Below, one piece after another: positions 28,519 to 40,044 of a stretch of 64,000 bases of DNA. This stretch comes from Desulfatiglandales bacterium. Lineage in GTDB: Bacteria; Desulfobacterota; DSM-4660; Desulfatiglandales; HGW-15. The notes beneath the pieces are model-generated. The model searched no databases. It was not told the DNA's origin and saw only the letters and a list, made by a program, of their open reading frames with translations. How positions within the stretch are numbered: the stretch's first letter is position 1; every line of letters begins with the position of its first letter. A program made the translations under genes and the position numbers. The stretch is from NCBI GenBank assembly GCA_963667015.2, contig CAXXJJ010000004.1:2176001-2240000 (forward strand), read 5' to 3'.

Positions 28519-30070
28519 TCATTTATCACTCCACCCAAGTTCAAGAGTTTTTTTAAAGTCTTTTTTGGCTAAAGTATTCTTGCCGATATTTTCATAAGCG
28601 ATACCAAGATGATAATAAACACTTGGCCTTAGATATTCGTTTTTTATTGCTTTTGCTTTATTCAAATAGAAAATTGCTGAAGAATAATCAGTTCGATAGT
28701 TTTCAATTATCCCCATCCTATGATACCACCAAATCTTATCGTTTTTAAATTGCTCAATTGCCTTTAAAATTGTTTCTTTAGCTCCATCTAAATCTCCGGA
28801 AATTAACTGGGTTTCTTCTAAAAACTGATAATAAACTCTTATATTTGGATCTAATTCAATAGCTTTTTCAAAATCTTTAATAGCACGTTTTAATTCTTTT
28901 TTTTCTCTAAGAAACTGCCCTCGAAGGTAATAACCATCACTTTTTAAGGGATTTTTTTTAATTCTAAAGTCATATAATTCAGCCTGTTCACCGAGGAAAA
29001 ATTGTATTGTTGTTTTTTTGGAAAAAATGGAATCAGCGAAATCTTGGATAGAGCCATTAATATCTTTCAATCTAAGCCTTAAATCCGCTCTCAATTTATA
29101 TGCAAAAACATATGTTTTATTTAGTTCCAGAGCCCTGGTAAAATCTTTTAGTGCACCATCTAAGCTGCCTGTAATTTCCCTGGCCTGCCCTCGGAGCACA
29201 AATGTTAAAGGATCACTGTTAATTAAAGAGATAGATTTATCTAAATATTTAATAGCCTTATCTATTTTCCGCATTGCCAGACAGATACCGCCCCATGATT
29301 GATAGGCTTCGGCATTGTCTGGTCTATACGCAATTACTTTTTTTAAATCTTCAATAGATTCTTCATATTGTTTCATTCTATATCTTTCTTGAGCCCTTTT
29401 CAGATATGTTTCCCAATCATCCGGATTCTCCCTGATCTTTTCTGTGAGTCTATCAATGTATGATTGCGGGTCAATATCAACAGAAAAGCTGTCTTCATCG
29501 TAGGCTGAATTGGCATTTGAATCGGCATTTGAATCAGCCTTACTATGGAATGCTACACTTGGTAGTATACTACCTGTTGCATACTTCCAATTCTCATACA
29601 AATTAGCGTAGTCATAAAGCTCCCAATCGTCACTGATTGTAAATTTGAAGGAACGCAATTTATCATATATATCAACATTTTGAGGGGGGTCGTCAAAATA
29701 TAAGAACCAGGTGTTGGCGGCGTCATCAACAAAGTAGCTGTGCCATCTTTGTTCTTTTAACGGTTCACTTTTCATTGGATTTTTAACCATATGCACAATA
29801 ATCCATTTTTTCCCGCCATCAGTTTCAGCCTTGGCCCAGCACAGCGCATTATCTACGTACCATGGTCTCTCATCTTTAATCCGAGACCATGCAAGAATTC
29901 GAAAATCAGTGACCTTTATATTATTTAAAGAGGTATATTTTCCGGATTCGATTTCCTGGATGCAGTTGGTACGAAGTTCTTCAAAGTTCATGTCCTTGAC
30001 GTCCTTGCAGTAAGAAACGCCCGAAAGAAAAAATGATAAGAAGCAAATAATAGCAAGATTTTTTGATCAT
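28519..30070 (-). CDS. Exported TPR-repeat protein; signal peptide out of frame by one extra A (run at 30059-30064)
   Basis: Multiple TPRs in ORF 28519-29991; GGAG RBS plus ATG at 30070 gives MIKNLAIICFLSFFLSGVSYC if A6 is read as A5. Confidence 0.7.
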
Positions 30071-30458
30071 TATGGTATCTCCAACATAGTTAGTATTTCG
30101 TTACAAAATAATATATGATTTTAATGAATTTATGTTAGAAAAGGCTTATAAAGCGATTTTTCTTCTGTTTGGTAAGACTTATTACTTTAATAACATATCT
30201 TGCTGCAATATAATTTCCAAGCACAATCTGAAAGGCTTTTTTAATCAGCGTAATTCCATATAGCTGCTATGTATCTGCAAAAAACCAATTTATCAAAATT
30301 ACAGATATCTAATATACCTGCATCTGGGTAAAATTTAAAAGACTTGAATATCGTAATGTTCCCTGCCCCTCCCCGCTAGTCTTCGCTAAAGCTACTCCTC
30401 ACGAGACAGGCAGGGAAAAGAGAAGGATCATGTGGAATGGTATAACAATTATGAATAT

Positions 30459-32567
30459 TTATTCCTGATGGCTTTCTTTAATCTCCATCTCTTTTTGATC
30501 AAAGACCTGAGGAATCAGCTTATTCTCAGCCTTTTTTGCCTTTGAAATTTCATTTAATTCCTGATCTGTTTTTGCAACAGTAGGAGTAAGGAATATGAGC
30601 AATTCTGTTTTGGATGTTTTTTCTTCTATACTTTTGAACAGCATTCCCAGAATCGGAATATCTCCAAGGAGAGGAACTTTTTTATGGGTTTTTGTAACCC
30701 GGTCTTCCATGAGCCCGCCTATTACAACCGTCTGGCCATCCCTTGCAATAACCCTGTTTTCCGAAGAGCGTTTTGCAAAAACGGATGCATCAACTGTTTC
30801 CGATATTGGCACGGATTCTCCGCTTATTGCCGATATCTCCTGGCTCAGATCCATTATGACCAGACCTTCATCATTTATGTATGGCGTAACTTCAAGGATA
30901 ATACCGATATCTTCATACTCTATTGTGTTTATGGTCTGGCCTGTATCCGTTGTTCTTGTATCCCGTATAAAGGGAACTTCATTTCCAACGGTTATGGTTG
31001 CGGTCTGGTTGTTGCTTGCAAGGATATACGGCCTTGAAAGAATATTCAGCTTTCCATCCTGTTCAAGCGCCCTCAGGGTAACATCAAATTTTTCATCCAC
31101 AATTTTTGCAACATAACCGCTTGTGAGATTCCCTAAACTGAAATCCGTATCAACCGTAACGCTCGTGTCCTTTCCGAGTGTATCCAGAAATGAAAATTCC
31201 GCTCCCCACTCAACATTGCCGTCATGTGTGACTTCCGCCAGCAACACTTTGATCAATACCTGCGGTACCGGTTTATCAAGTTCATCCAGCACCTTTTTCA
31301 CCTTTTCGTAGTTGGCAGGTGAAGTCATAATTATGAGAGAATTGGTGTCTTCATCAGATTTGATGGATACCTGACCGACCAGATCGCCGGTTGATGAGTC
31401 CGAAGAACTCACCGCAATGCCCATCGGGCCTGGCATTCCAGGTCCACCTGCACCCCCCTGTCCACGAGTACGCATTGATGCGATACCTGAACTACCTGAT
31501 GTACTGCTATTCATTTCATCAAACAACTCGTTTAAAACCTCTTCAAGGTTATCGGCCCTTGCATTCTTTAGAGGATATACAAAAACAGACTGTCCCTCGG
31601 ATGAATCTGAGTCAAGGTCCGATATTAACTGAGCTATTATTGTCATACTGTCCTGCGGTGCACTCACTACTACACTGTTGGTGCGCTCGTCAGCCTTGGC
31701 ATTGATATTAGCTGCCATCGCACCCTTGCCTGACTGTGACATTGCCTGGTTCATATCCATACCGGGAGGGCCTCCGCCGCCCCCCCTGATCATATTTCTG
31801 ATGTTTCCGGGAAGGGAAGAAGATGATCTACTGCCGCTATCTTCTTCAAACAGATCATTAATGAGCTCGGCAGTTGTTTCAGCTTCCGCATATTCCAGAT
31901 GAAACACTTTAATTTCAGAAACCATTGCAACAATGGTATCCATGGATCTGATGATCTCTATCAGGCGCTTTATATTAGCAGTTGTGTCAGTAATGATCAG
32001 TGTGTTTGTGTCACTGTTTGCAGCAAAATCGGCATTCTCGGAAACCAGCGATGCCAGGCTTTCCTTAAGTCCTGCCACCTCGGCATATTTCACCGGAATA
32101 ATATATGTAACAATATCATCTCCGGGAATTATCTTACTCGGATCTGCCCCGGACAAAACCGGCACATTCATTTTTTTAGCTTCGGCAAGAGGAACGACTT
32201 TAAGAGTCCTGCCGGTCATAACTGTGGTATAGCCTTTTTCCCTCAGTATTGTATTAATTAGGGAGACTGCCTCGTCAGTATCAAGGGGCTGTTTACTTAT
32301 AACGTTTATCCTGTCACTGAGCGAATACTCGTAAACAACTACAAGACCGGCTGCTTCAGACAGATACCCCAGCACTGACTCCACCGGGGCATCTTTGAAA
32401 TTGAGCATGATATTCTTCTTTTTCTCCTGGGCAAATACATTACCCACAGAATGAAACGTTACTATTGCTGCAATAAAAAGAATAAAGAATGAAAAATACA
32501 GACTCCTGTTATTCTTCCTCATGAGAATATTACCCCTGCTGTCTCTGTTATTAATAATTAAGCTCAT
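30459..32567 (-). CDS. gspD: Type II secretion secretin
   Basis: N0-N3 domains, LDKPVPQVLI, GIILEVTP, VPLLGDIPILGMLF, ELLIFLTP. Confidence 0.93.
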   Translation of the reverse strand: MSLIINNRDSRGNILMRKNNRSLYFSFFILFIAAIVTFHSVGNVFAQEKKKNIMLNFKDAPVESVLGYLSEAAGLVVVYEYSLSDRINVISKQPLDTDEAVSLINTILREKGYTTVMTGRTLKVVPLAEAKKMNVPVLSGADPSKIIPGDDIVTYIIPVKYAEVAGLKESLASLVSENADFAANSDTNTLIITDTTANIKRLIEIIRSMDTIVAMVSEIKVFHLEYAEAETTAELINDLFEEDSGSRSSSSLPGNIRNMIRGGGGGPPGMDMNQAMSQSGKGAMAANINAKADERTNSVVVSAPQDSMTIIAQLISDLDSDSSEGQSVFVYPLKNARADNLEEVLNELFDEMNSSTSGSSGIASMRTRGQGGAGGPGMPGPMGIAVSSSDSSTGDLVGQVSIKSDEDTNSLIIMTSPANYEKVKKVLDELDKPVPQVLIKVLLAEVTHDGNVEWGAEFSFLDTLGKDTSVTVDTDFSLGNLTSGYVAKIVDEKFDVTLRALEQDGKLNILSRPYILASNNQTATITVGNEVPFIRDTRTTDTGQTINTIEYEDIGIILEVTPYINDEGLVIMDLSQEISAISGESVPISETVDASVFAKRSSENRVIARDGQTVVIGGLMEDRVTKTHKKVPLLGDIPILGMLFKSIEEKTSKTELLIFLTPTVAKTDQELNEISKAKKAENKLIPQVFDQKEMEIKESHQE

Positions 32568-33157
32568 TCCGCAAGCTCCTTTTTTCGTCTTTCCTTTAAT
32601 CGTTCTAATATGGACTTTTTATCATCTGCTGATGTTGAATCAGTGTTCGAACTGGTAGTTGATGAAAAGGTAAAATTATTTTGCGGCTGGGAAAAACCTG
32701 TCACGGAAGCGCCGCCTGATATACCGGCAGCCTCAGCCCCTTCCATTGTCATACCCATTTTCACTGTTATGCTTTTTCCCTCGTCCTCATATGTCAGATA
32801 ATCAAGATTAATCTCCGCGATTTTCCCGCCTGCAACAGCAGCGCCTTTTTTAACCTGCATTACGTTCATTGTCCTGCTGTCTTCAATAAAGGCCGTAAAA
32901 CTGTTGCTCAACTTTGTAATTCCTCTTAATATGAGATAGCTTTCTTCATTCCTGGAGATAACAGCCTGCACCGGAGTTCCAGCAAAATAGGATTCAGTCT
33001 TTTTTGTCCGGTTTTTAGAGAAGATATTACGCTGTGAAATAATCAGGTAGTCTTCTCTCAAAAGTTTTTTATCTTCCGCACCTTCTACAGTGATACCTGT
33101 TGCAGCCATTACAAAAAGGGTCATAAGAAATAATATATTACGTGAATAAATATGCAT
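32564..33157 (-). CDS. GspC-like T2SS protein
   Basis: N-terminal TM, RNIF motif, LRGI...AFIED; located before gspD. Confidence 0.55.
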   Translation of the reverse strand: MHIYSRNILFLMTLFVMAATGITVEGAEDKKLLREDYLIISQRNIFSKNRTKKTESYFAGTPVQAVISRNEESYLILRGITKLSNSFTAFIEDSRTMNVMQVKKGAAVAGGKIAEINLDYLTYEDEGKSITVKMGMTMEGAEAAGISGGASVTGFSQPQNNFTFSSTTSSNTDSTSADDKKSILERLKERRKKELAE

Positions 33158-33733
33158 CTACGCATCCCCCTTTTGTTCCTGCTCATTTTCATCACCTTTT
33201 TTATCTTCTTCAGGAAGGTAAACCGCAGAAAGTTTCATCTGCAGGGACATATCTCTGCCGTCCTCTTCCCGGGCACCCAGCTGAAACTCGGTAATTTTAA
33301 GAGGCAGCGTGCTGTTTTCTATCTCCCATAAAAACTGCCCTACCGAGTTCATGCCTCCCTTGCATGACAGGTTAAAAACTATTTCCTTCAGTATCCTGCT
33401 TTCATTGCGATTGCGGTCAGGCTTTATGGATGAAATAGTAAGCCCGCAGTCCTGGGACAGCTGGCGTATTACATGGAGCACTTTACTCTCAATGCCTGAC
33501 GGATCTTTTTCCAGGCCTCCGTTTATCATCTCCTGCCATTCGCTTTTTATTCGTTTCTTGTGCTTGAATAATCTTGTTGCATCCTGCATCTCATTTACAA
33601 GTCCCTGCTTTTCCAATCGGATACTTTCCTTTGAGTTCATGAAAGGGGTTACAACAAACCTGTCCATGATAAATATCATGAGAACCAGCATGGTCAGGAT
33701 AACGATAATTTTTTCCCGTTTTGAAAGAACCAT
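33158..33733 (-). CDS. GspM/PilO-like protein
   Basis: LSKREK plus TM plus coiled coil. Confidence 0.75.
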   Translation of the reverse strand: MVLSKREKIIVILTMLVLMIFIMDRFVVTPFMNSKESIRLEKQGLVNEMQDATRLFKHKKRIKSEWQEMINGGLEKDPSGIESKVLHVIRQLSQDCGLTISSIKPDRNRNESRILKEIVFNLSCKGGMNSVGQFLWEIENSTLPLKITEFQLGAREEDGRDMSLQMKLSAVYLPEEDKKGDENEQEQKGDA

Positions 33734-33735
33734 AT

Positions 33736-35193
33736 CTATATCTCCTTATCCCTGAAGGAGAAACTCATTGAGAATGAAACCTCCTGTGAGCTTTGTCCAT
33801 TTTCACGTATATAAATCATCTGCACATCCTTAAAAAGCCTGCTGCTTTTAAGTGTATCCATAACCTCTATCACACTCTTTTCATCAACTGCCTTTCCTGA
33901 AATTATTCCCTTCATTTCCTCATTGAGCGCAAAATTTGTTGCCCATATTCTTCCTTCTTCAGGAAATGAAAGTGTCAGCTCGTAGAGACAGCGAAGGATT
34001 TCAGGTCTTTCGGAATACCAGCCCCGGGCATAATTCACCTTTTGGACGACACTCCTTGCAGCCTCAACATCATCCTTTATTTCGGAAAGTTTGACCTTCA
34101 GTTCTGCAACATCTCTTTTATCAGTCTTGTAGGAAATCAGCGCCCCTGCAATAAAGACCAGCAGTGCAAAGACAATAACCGATGCCCAGACAACCTGTTC
34201 CTTTTTTATTTTTACGACCTTAAAATTGATGCGGGAGTTAAAGAAATCCTGATAAAATGCATCTTTAAGATAAAATGCCTGGGCTGTGGAGGCGGAAACC
34301 AGATACTCTTTTTCTTTTTTTGAGGAACCAAAACCCAATTTTTTTGTGACAGCAGATGTGTCATAAACCGAAACATCAACGAGTGATGAGAGTTCATTTT
34401 TAATATGACCAAAAAAACCACAGTCATCGGTTTCAGACGTTGAGAAAATCATCATGCCGGGTTTTGTACCGGGTTCGTTCCGGCCAGGGCTGAGAGATAT
34501 GATTCTCTTTATTTTTGACAAACAGGAGGGCAGATCATTTTTATCATCCATCCTGATATGCTTTACATCAATAACCTGTTTACCCTGCCCCACTATCAGA
34601 TCACAGTACCCGGGGGTGACATACAGAAAATATTCAGGATACTCTTCTTTTGCATGTAAACTCAAAATCTGCCTTAACGCCATTGATGAAACAGTGGCTG
34701 AGATAATACTCAACCCTGCGACACGGACTGTTTCAATAACCTTTTCATAATTTTTCCGTGTAACAGCCCCGATATATAAACGGGTCGGCTTTTCAGGTTC
34801 TATAGTGCCGGTATAGTCAATAAGCAGTTCATCTGGCCCCAGCGAAAATTCATGCTCCGCGTGGATTTTAAGAATTCCTGCTATTGCCTCATGCCTTGTC
34901 GGAGGTACATCTTTCGGGCGTATCATAAAAAACTTTGCAGGCAGTCCAACAACCGCTCTTTTTGCAGTAAATTTATTTTCACGCAGAAAATTCCCTAAAA
35001 GGTCACCCAGCCCGGCGGGATTCTCAAGAGATACACCTTCCGGGAAAACAAACTCAGCAGAGTTTTTGACATGGAAAACATCTTTATCAAAATGAATTTC
35101 CGACAGGGTTATGCACTTTTCATCAATTGCAAGGCCCAGTATCTTTCGGGCTTTTAATAAACCGTTATTTTTAAAATTAAAGTTTTTTATCAT
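33736..35193 (-). CDS. GspL/PilM-PilN-like protein
   Basis: Actin-like N-domain, TM, PilN-like C-domain. Confidence 0.75.
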   Translation of the reverse strand: MIKNFNFKNNGLLKARKILGLAIDEKCITLSEIHFDKDVFHVKNSAEFVFPEGVSLENPAGLGDLLGNFLRENKFTAKRAVVGLPAKFFMIRPKDVPPTRHEAIAGILKIHAEHEFSLGPDELLIDYTGTIEPEKPTRLYIGAVTRKNYEKVIETVRVAGLSIISATVSSMALRQILSLHAKEEYPEYFLYVTPGYCDLIVGQGKQVIDVKHIRMDDKNDLPSCLSKIKRIISLSPGRNEPGTKPGMMIFSTSETDDCGFFGHIKNELSSLVDVSVYDTSAVTKKLGFGSSKKEKEYLVSASTAQAFYLKDAFYQDFFNSRINFKVVKIKKEQVVWASVIVFALLVFIAGALISYKTDKRDVAELKVKLSEIKDDVEAARSVVQKVNYARGWYSERPEILRCLYELTLSFPEEGRIWATNFALNEEMKGIISGKAVDEKSVIEVMDTLKSSRLFKDVQMIYIRENGQSSQEVSFSMSFSFRDKEI

Positions 35194-36569
35194 AAACTCT
35201 CCAGCGATTCACCTGCTCTAAGCGTCTTTACAATATTCTCATCAAGGGGCCACCCCAGATATTTAAGGGATTTCCAGTACAGCACTTTAAACTCATCACC
35301 TCCGGTATCTGCGATCATCCGGTATCTCTGGTAAGATCGTCCGTCACCGCTTATACTTATTATATCCGCGGAATAACGGCTGGAATGTGTCGTCAGGTAG
35401 GCCCCGATGGATGCGGCTTTTTCGGGTATAATATCAGCAACCCATACAAGTGAATCCTTATCGTTATCACTTGAATTTCTAGCTTCTATGAGAGCATCCA
35501 CTTCAGACTCAACAATGCCGGGAAGACACATAAGAACCTCCTTGGGTGCGGTATTAATGTTTATAAGACCTGAAACATTCTCCTCCGATGTAGTGGTAAG
35601 CTTATCTTCTATCTGCTTAAACTGATCGGGGGTCATGCCGGACTGGATATAAAAATCAAGTACACTTTCAAATGAACTGAAGCGGATAGACGTCATTATC
35701 TCGGCGAGTTTGAATTCATTTGTTATAATATCGTTTAAAAGTTCATGTACCTCATCTGCGCTGTTGTTAATATTAATTCTTTTCTCTCCGTTCTTGTCTA
35801 CGTTTGGTTCTTTACTGTATACGGTTACATACTCAAAAAATCCCCTGTTCAGTTTTCCGTTACAGTTATCAGGTGGAGCACCTTTATCCGCATCGTTTTC
35901 ATTTGAATCCAGGTATCCGTTCAGGTTTGCATCTTCTCCATAAAGGAGTTCCTTTGAAGCACCTTTCAGGAGAAGTACTTCTTCCACAGTTTCAAGGCCG
36001 GAATTCTTGCAGTAGTATGGTTCATCCAGAAGCAGATAGTATTCATCTTCCGCTCCGCCCTGGGTTATGTCGCTGTCCGAATCACGCCAGTCTATAATCG
36101 ATGCGGCAAGCTCGGATGTCATGTTGGGAAGTTTTAAAAGCATTTCATAGGTAGCTGTATTCAGATTGATTTTTGTGGCCTCATCCCGGATTCCATAATA
36201 ATAAGAGCTGTCATCATCATAGTTGGGCCTTAAAAGCCAGAAATAACCGTCTCCTACTTCCATCTTTTCATAGGAAGTTTCACCATCAAGCCTGAGTGTC
36301 AGGTCATCTTCATTCATCCTGGCCTTGATGAACGAAACAGCCCCTAAGGCTATTTCATCCGCCTTTAGTGTCGACATCTGATTAGCCGAGGCAATGGCCT
36401 CAACCCTCATATCCCTTGAAAACACAAGTACAAGACCGGCAAGGACCAGCACGATCCAAATGGTAACCATAAGTACAGATCCGGTTTCATCTTTTGAGAA
36501 ACCGCACAGTCTCTTTAAAGATGCAAAACCGTTAAATATACTTTTATTTCCTTTACCTGTAATTTTCAT
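35190..36569 (-). CDS. gspK: Minor pseudopilin GspK
   Basis: GSVLMVTIW, DEATKINLN, IIDWRDSD, VEEVLLLKG, ININTA. Confidence 0.9.
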   Translation of the reverse strand: MKITGKGNKSIFNGFASLKRLCGFSKDETGSVLMVTIWIVLVLAGLVLVFSRDMRVEAIASANQMSTLKADEIALGAVSFIKARMNEDDLTLRLDGETSYEKMEVGDGYFWLLRPNYDDDSSYYYGIRDEATKINLNTATYEMLLKLPNMTSELAASIIDWRDSDSDITQGGAEDEYYLLLDEPYYCKNSGLETVEEVLLLKGASKELLYGEDANLNGYLDSNENDADKGAPPDNCNGKLNRGFFEYVTVYSKEPNVDKNGEKRININNSADEVHELLNDIITNEFKLAEIMTSIRFSSFESVLDFYIQSGMTPDQFKQIEDKLTTTSEENVSGLININTAPKEVLMCLPGIVESEVDALIEARNSSDNDKDSLVWVADIIPEKAASIGAYLTTHSSRYSADIISISGDGRSYQRYRMIADTGGDEFKVLYWKSLKYLGWPLDENIVKTLRAGESLESL

Positions 36570-36603
36570 ATATCCTGTTTTATGCCTGACTGCTGATATA
36601 TAC

Positions 36604-37257
36604 CTATGCACATGGAAGAGAAAAGGAACATGTGAGGCTGTATACATTCCCGTTCTCCTCATTGCTGTTTTTGTCATCCAAGGTCTCAAACCTTATGCAA
36701 ATCTCAACAGCCTTTGGCAGGCTGTCGTCGTTATCACTTGAAACCCATTCATCCTGCCATTCATACCCGTCAAAATACCTGAAGTTTATTGATCTGATTC
36801 CCTTGCATATTATATCTGCCGATGGATCAAGCGTTTTAGGTGACAGCAGGTTTGTAGTGATTCCGCGTACAAGGTTACGCTTATTCGCGGTTTCATCTGC
36901 TTCCATGCTTATCTCTACTTTTACAATATCGCAGGCGATCTCTTCATCATCCGGGTTATAGGCCGCAGAGTAAAATGTCAGAGTATCGGCGGCGTTACCG
37001 GCCCCATCATTTCCGTCCGCACCTTCAAATCTGCCTGCAAGAATTCCTGTGGGGGGCAGGGCCGAAATTATCTCCTGTTTAAGCTGATCCATTACAATCC
37101 TGCCGCCCCGCTTTCCTGCAAGAGCGCTCTGTGACCGTTCCCTTGCCTTGAATCCTATGCTTAATGAGCTGTACAAAGAAGCCGCTATAATACTCATCAA
37201 TGTCATGGCAACAAGAAGTTCAAGCAGGCTGAAACCTTTATTCTCACTTCTTTTCAT
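36604..37257 (-). CDS. gspJ: Minor pseudopilin GspJ
   Basis: GFSLLELLVA, FRYFDG..W...W, LPKAVEI. Confidence 0.85.
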   Translation of the reverse strand: MKRSENKGFSLLELLVAMTLMSIIAASLYSSLSIGFKARERSQSALAGKRGGRIVMDQLKQEIISALPPTGILAGRFEGADGNDGAGNAADTLTFYSAAYNPDDEEIACDIVKVEISMEADETANKRNLVRGITTNLLSPKTLDPSADIICKGIRSINFRYFDGYEWQDEWVSSDNDDSLPKAVEICIRFETLDDKNSNEENGNVYSLTCSFSLPCA

Positions 37258-37264
37258 TTCTGTT

Positions 37265-37672
37265 CTACTCCGCATCAAGATAGACAAGTGTTGATAAAAC
37301 AACCGAATGGGTTCTTCCAGTAGCAGCCCATTCCACATAAAGATCTATCTGCCGGATCATATCTTCCGATTCCCAGTCTTTAACTTCATAACGCCATGTA
37401 TACTCCGGGTAGTCATTTCCAAAATTTCCGTTATCATCACCGTCAGTCCAGTCTTTATTTACAAGAAGGTCGGTCATCTTTATTTCAGCCAGTGTTCCTG
37501 CTTCAATCTTTCTCTTTGAATCACTGGCCATTTTTGTTGAAAGGGAAATTCCCTCCATTGCAACCGGAAGAATGATTGCAATAAGGACAAATGTTGCCAG
37601 TATTTCCACCAGGGTAAATCCCCTTTCAGAAAACAAATTCTCCTTAGATTTTTTTTTAATTTTACCGGTCAT
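37265..37672 (-). CDS. gspI: Minor pseudopilin GspI
   Basis: GFTLVEIL prepilin motif; operon position. Confidence 0.8.
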   Translation of the reverse strand: MTGKIKKKSKENLFSERGFTLVEILATFVLIAIILPVAMEGISLSTKMASDSKRKIEAGTLAEIKMTDLLVNKDWTDGDDNGNFGNDYPEYTWRYEVKDWESEDMIRQIDLYVEWAATGRTHSVVLSTLVYLDAE

Positions 37673-37673
37673 T

Positions 37674-38177
37674 TTAAGAACTCTCTTCAGGAGTTTTAAT
37701 ATGATAAAGCTCAAATGGGGAGGATGATAATATTTCGACAACGTCTCCGCGCATGTCTTTTAATTTTATTGTTCCGGGTTCTGCCTTTCCTTCGGGATGA
37801 AACTCGATATACTGTTCTATTAAACTGCCTTTGCCCTGTTTTTCAAGCTCCACTGTTGTATCATCAGGGAGCATAAAATCTCTTCCGAACTCGTTATTGA
37901 GCTCCTTAAACACCCCTTTTTCGGCAGCAGTCAGCCAGTATGCCGATTCATCAGGGTCAATATTAAACCGGTATACCCTTCCCTCGGATATGGAAAGCGA
38001 TCGCGCAAGCTTTATAAGAGAAAGCATATTTGAAGCTGCATCATCAGTGCGTCTTGATGTAAAAAAGCCCTGTAAAGAAGGAGCTGCAATTGCAAGAAGC
38101 GTACTGATAATCACCATTACCAGGATCAGCTCCAGAAGAGTAAAGCCTCCGGCATTTGTATGAACAGGTTTTGCCAT
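37674..38177 (-). CDS. gspH: Minor pseudopilin GspH
   Basis: GFTLLELILV, FHPEG. Confidence 0.8.
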   Translation of the reverse strand: MAKPVHTNAGGFTLLELILVMVIISTLLAIAAPSLQGFFTSRRTDDAASNMLSLIKLARSLSISEGRVYRFNIDPDESAYWLTAAEKGVFKELNNEFGRDFMLPDDTTVELEKQGKGSLIEQYIEFHPEGKAEPGTIKLKDMRGDVVEILSSSPFELYHIKTPEESS

Positions 38178-38195
38178 TGAATTTTATAAAAATAT

Positions 38196-38645
38196 CTAGC
38201 GCGTTGACCAGTTATCTATATCATCTTCACCGCCCTCTTTTTTATCAGGGCCGGAAGAATAAAGATCATAACCATAAGTGTTATGGCGTCCGGGCTGCGT
38301 ATAAACATACTGGTTTTCCCATGGATCATTGGGAACACCGCGTTTCAGGTAAGGTCCTTTCCAGTTTTTCAGCTCCGCCGAATTTTCGATCAGCAGCTTC
38401 AGACCTTCCGTCGTTGTGGGATAACGCCCATTATCCACCTCAAATGCATCCAGTGCCACTTCCAGATTTGCAATATCAGTATGCGCTGCAGTAATACGTG
38501 CTTCTTTTGATCTGCCGGCAAATTTTGGAAGTACTGTCGCTGCCAGCACAGTCAATATGACCATTACAAGCAAAACCTCTATAAGTGTAAAACCTCTCTG
38601 TGATTGATATTTACTCGTTATACATGGTTTTTTATTATTCATCAT
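38196..38645 (-). CDS. gspG: Major pseudopilin GspG
   Basis: GFTLIE, DNGRYPTT, WKGPYL, DPW, SSGPD. Confidence 0.95.
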   Translation of the reverse strand: MMNNKKPCITSKYQSQRGFTLIEVLLVMVILTVLAATVLPKFAGRSKEARITAAHTDIANLEVALDAFEVDNGRYPTTTEGLKLLIENSAELKNWKGPYLKRGVPNDPWENQYVYTQPGRHNTYGYDLYSSGPDKKEGGEDDIDNWSTR

Positions 38646-38813
38646 AAACTGTCCCTTATATTATTGTTGATTATTGAGATGACCTTCAGCCAGGGTAACT
38701 ACTGTCCATATTTCCAGCTATGATCCCTTCCTGCCACCGAGTCCACCACCCATATCTCCGCCTTATATAGCCCTGTACAGGTACGGGTTTTTTCATCATA
38801 AAAATAGGGAAAA

Positions 38814-40031
38814 TTATCTTATCAATTCCTGCAGGTTGAATATCGGAAGAAGCATCCCCATAACAACCGTTCCAACTATGCCTGCCATCAGAAATAATAG
38901 AAGCGGTTCAACCTGGGCAACAAGCATATCGAGCCTGTGGTCCAGGTCCTCTTCAAATGTCTCAGAGAGCCTTACCAGTTCTTTATCTAGCCTTCCGCTT
39001 GCTTCTGCCACAGCGATCATTTCCACTACAGAAGGTGGAAAAAGCTGGGGGCAGCCGGCCATACCTGTTGCAAGAGGAGATCCGTTTCTGATTTTTTTGA
39101 CAGTATCAGTAAGGGCGTCCGAAAGAACCTGGTTTCCTATGGCTTCATTGGCAACATTGAGCGCGTTGACGAGAGGAACATCAGCCCCAACCAGAGTTCC
39201 AAGCATTCTTGAAAATCTTACCAGGGCAAACCTGGCCAGTATTATCCCGATCATGGGCAGCTTGAGAAGTATTCCTTCCATAACGCGACGTCCTTCTTTT
39301 TTTGACAGGGCGCGGCGCAGACCAACAATAATGCAGACAACTGCCAGTAAAATAATCATCCAGTATTTTCTAATCAAATCACTCATCCCCATAATCACGA
39401 GCGTCAGGCTGGGAAGCCGCCCTCCGAAATCTTCAAATATGGATGAGAATTTGGGAATAAAAAATGTCATAAGGAAAATCATTATAAAAAAACCAAGGAC
39501 TGCCAGAATCATGGGATAGATTGTGGCAGCCTTTACCTTGCCAATAAGTTTTTTTTCACGAGACTGAAAATTGGCAATCTGCTCAAGTACAATATCAAGA
39601 AACCCGCCTGCCTCACCCGCCCTGACCATTGCTACATGTACGTTTGTGAATGACTTCGGCCATTTTGCAAAGGCATCTGCCAGGGACATTCCGTCAGCAA
39701 CACAATCCTTAATGGCAGACCATTGTGTCTTTGCAGCAGGATTGGAGGCTTCCCTGCTCAGGATTTCAAGAGCCCTGCTTAAAGGAACTCCTCCCGTTAA
39801 AAGATTCGCAAGCTCCCTGATAAACGCCTGCACATCTGCCCTGGAAACACGCCCGGTCCTTGAAAAACCTTTCCTGCTTTTCGAATCGGACTCCTTCTGT
39901 TCGGTTATGGATACCGGGCTTAAACCGTCGGAGACAATCTTATCAATAACAGCATCCCGGCCTCCGACAGTTAATGAACCGGACACCTCAGAACCTTTAT
40001 GATCAAGGGCTTTATAAACAAATGTCGGCAA
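38814..40031 (-). CDS. gspF: T2SS inner-membrane platform protein
   Basis: AGEAGG, AEASG, LLPIF. Confidence 0.93.
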   Translation of the reverse strand: MPTFVYKALDHKGSEVSGSLTVGGRDAVIDKIVSDGLSPVSITEQKESDSKSRKGFSRTGRVSRADVQAFIRELANLLTGGVPLSRALEILSREASNPAAKTQWSAIKDCVADGMSLADAFAKWPKSFTNVHVAMVRAGEAGGFLDIVLEQIANFQSREKKLIGKVKAATIYPMILAVLGFFIMIFLMTFFIPKFSSIFEDFGGRLPSLTLVIMGMSDLIRKYWMIILLAVVCIIVGLRRALSKKEGRRVMEGILLKLPMIGIILARFALVRFSRMLGTLVGADVPLVNALNVANEAIGNQVLSDALTDTVKKIRNGSPLATGMAGCPQLFPPSVVEMIAVAEASGRLDKELVRLSETFEEDLDHRLDMLVAQVEPLLLFLMAGIVGTVVMGMLLPIFNLQELIR

Positions 40032-40044
40032 TATCTATCTCCAT

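Noticed and set aside
38686..38799. 37-codon ORF between gspF and gspG
   Set aside because: No RBS or recognisable motif.
38836..39519. Long antisense ORFs (also 17677-18216, 30595-31116, 46080-46547, 54009-54527 and others)
   Set aside because: They overlap well-supported genes on the opposite strand and have no motifs.
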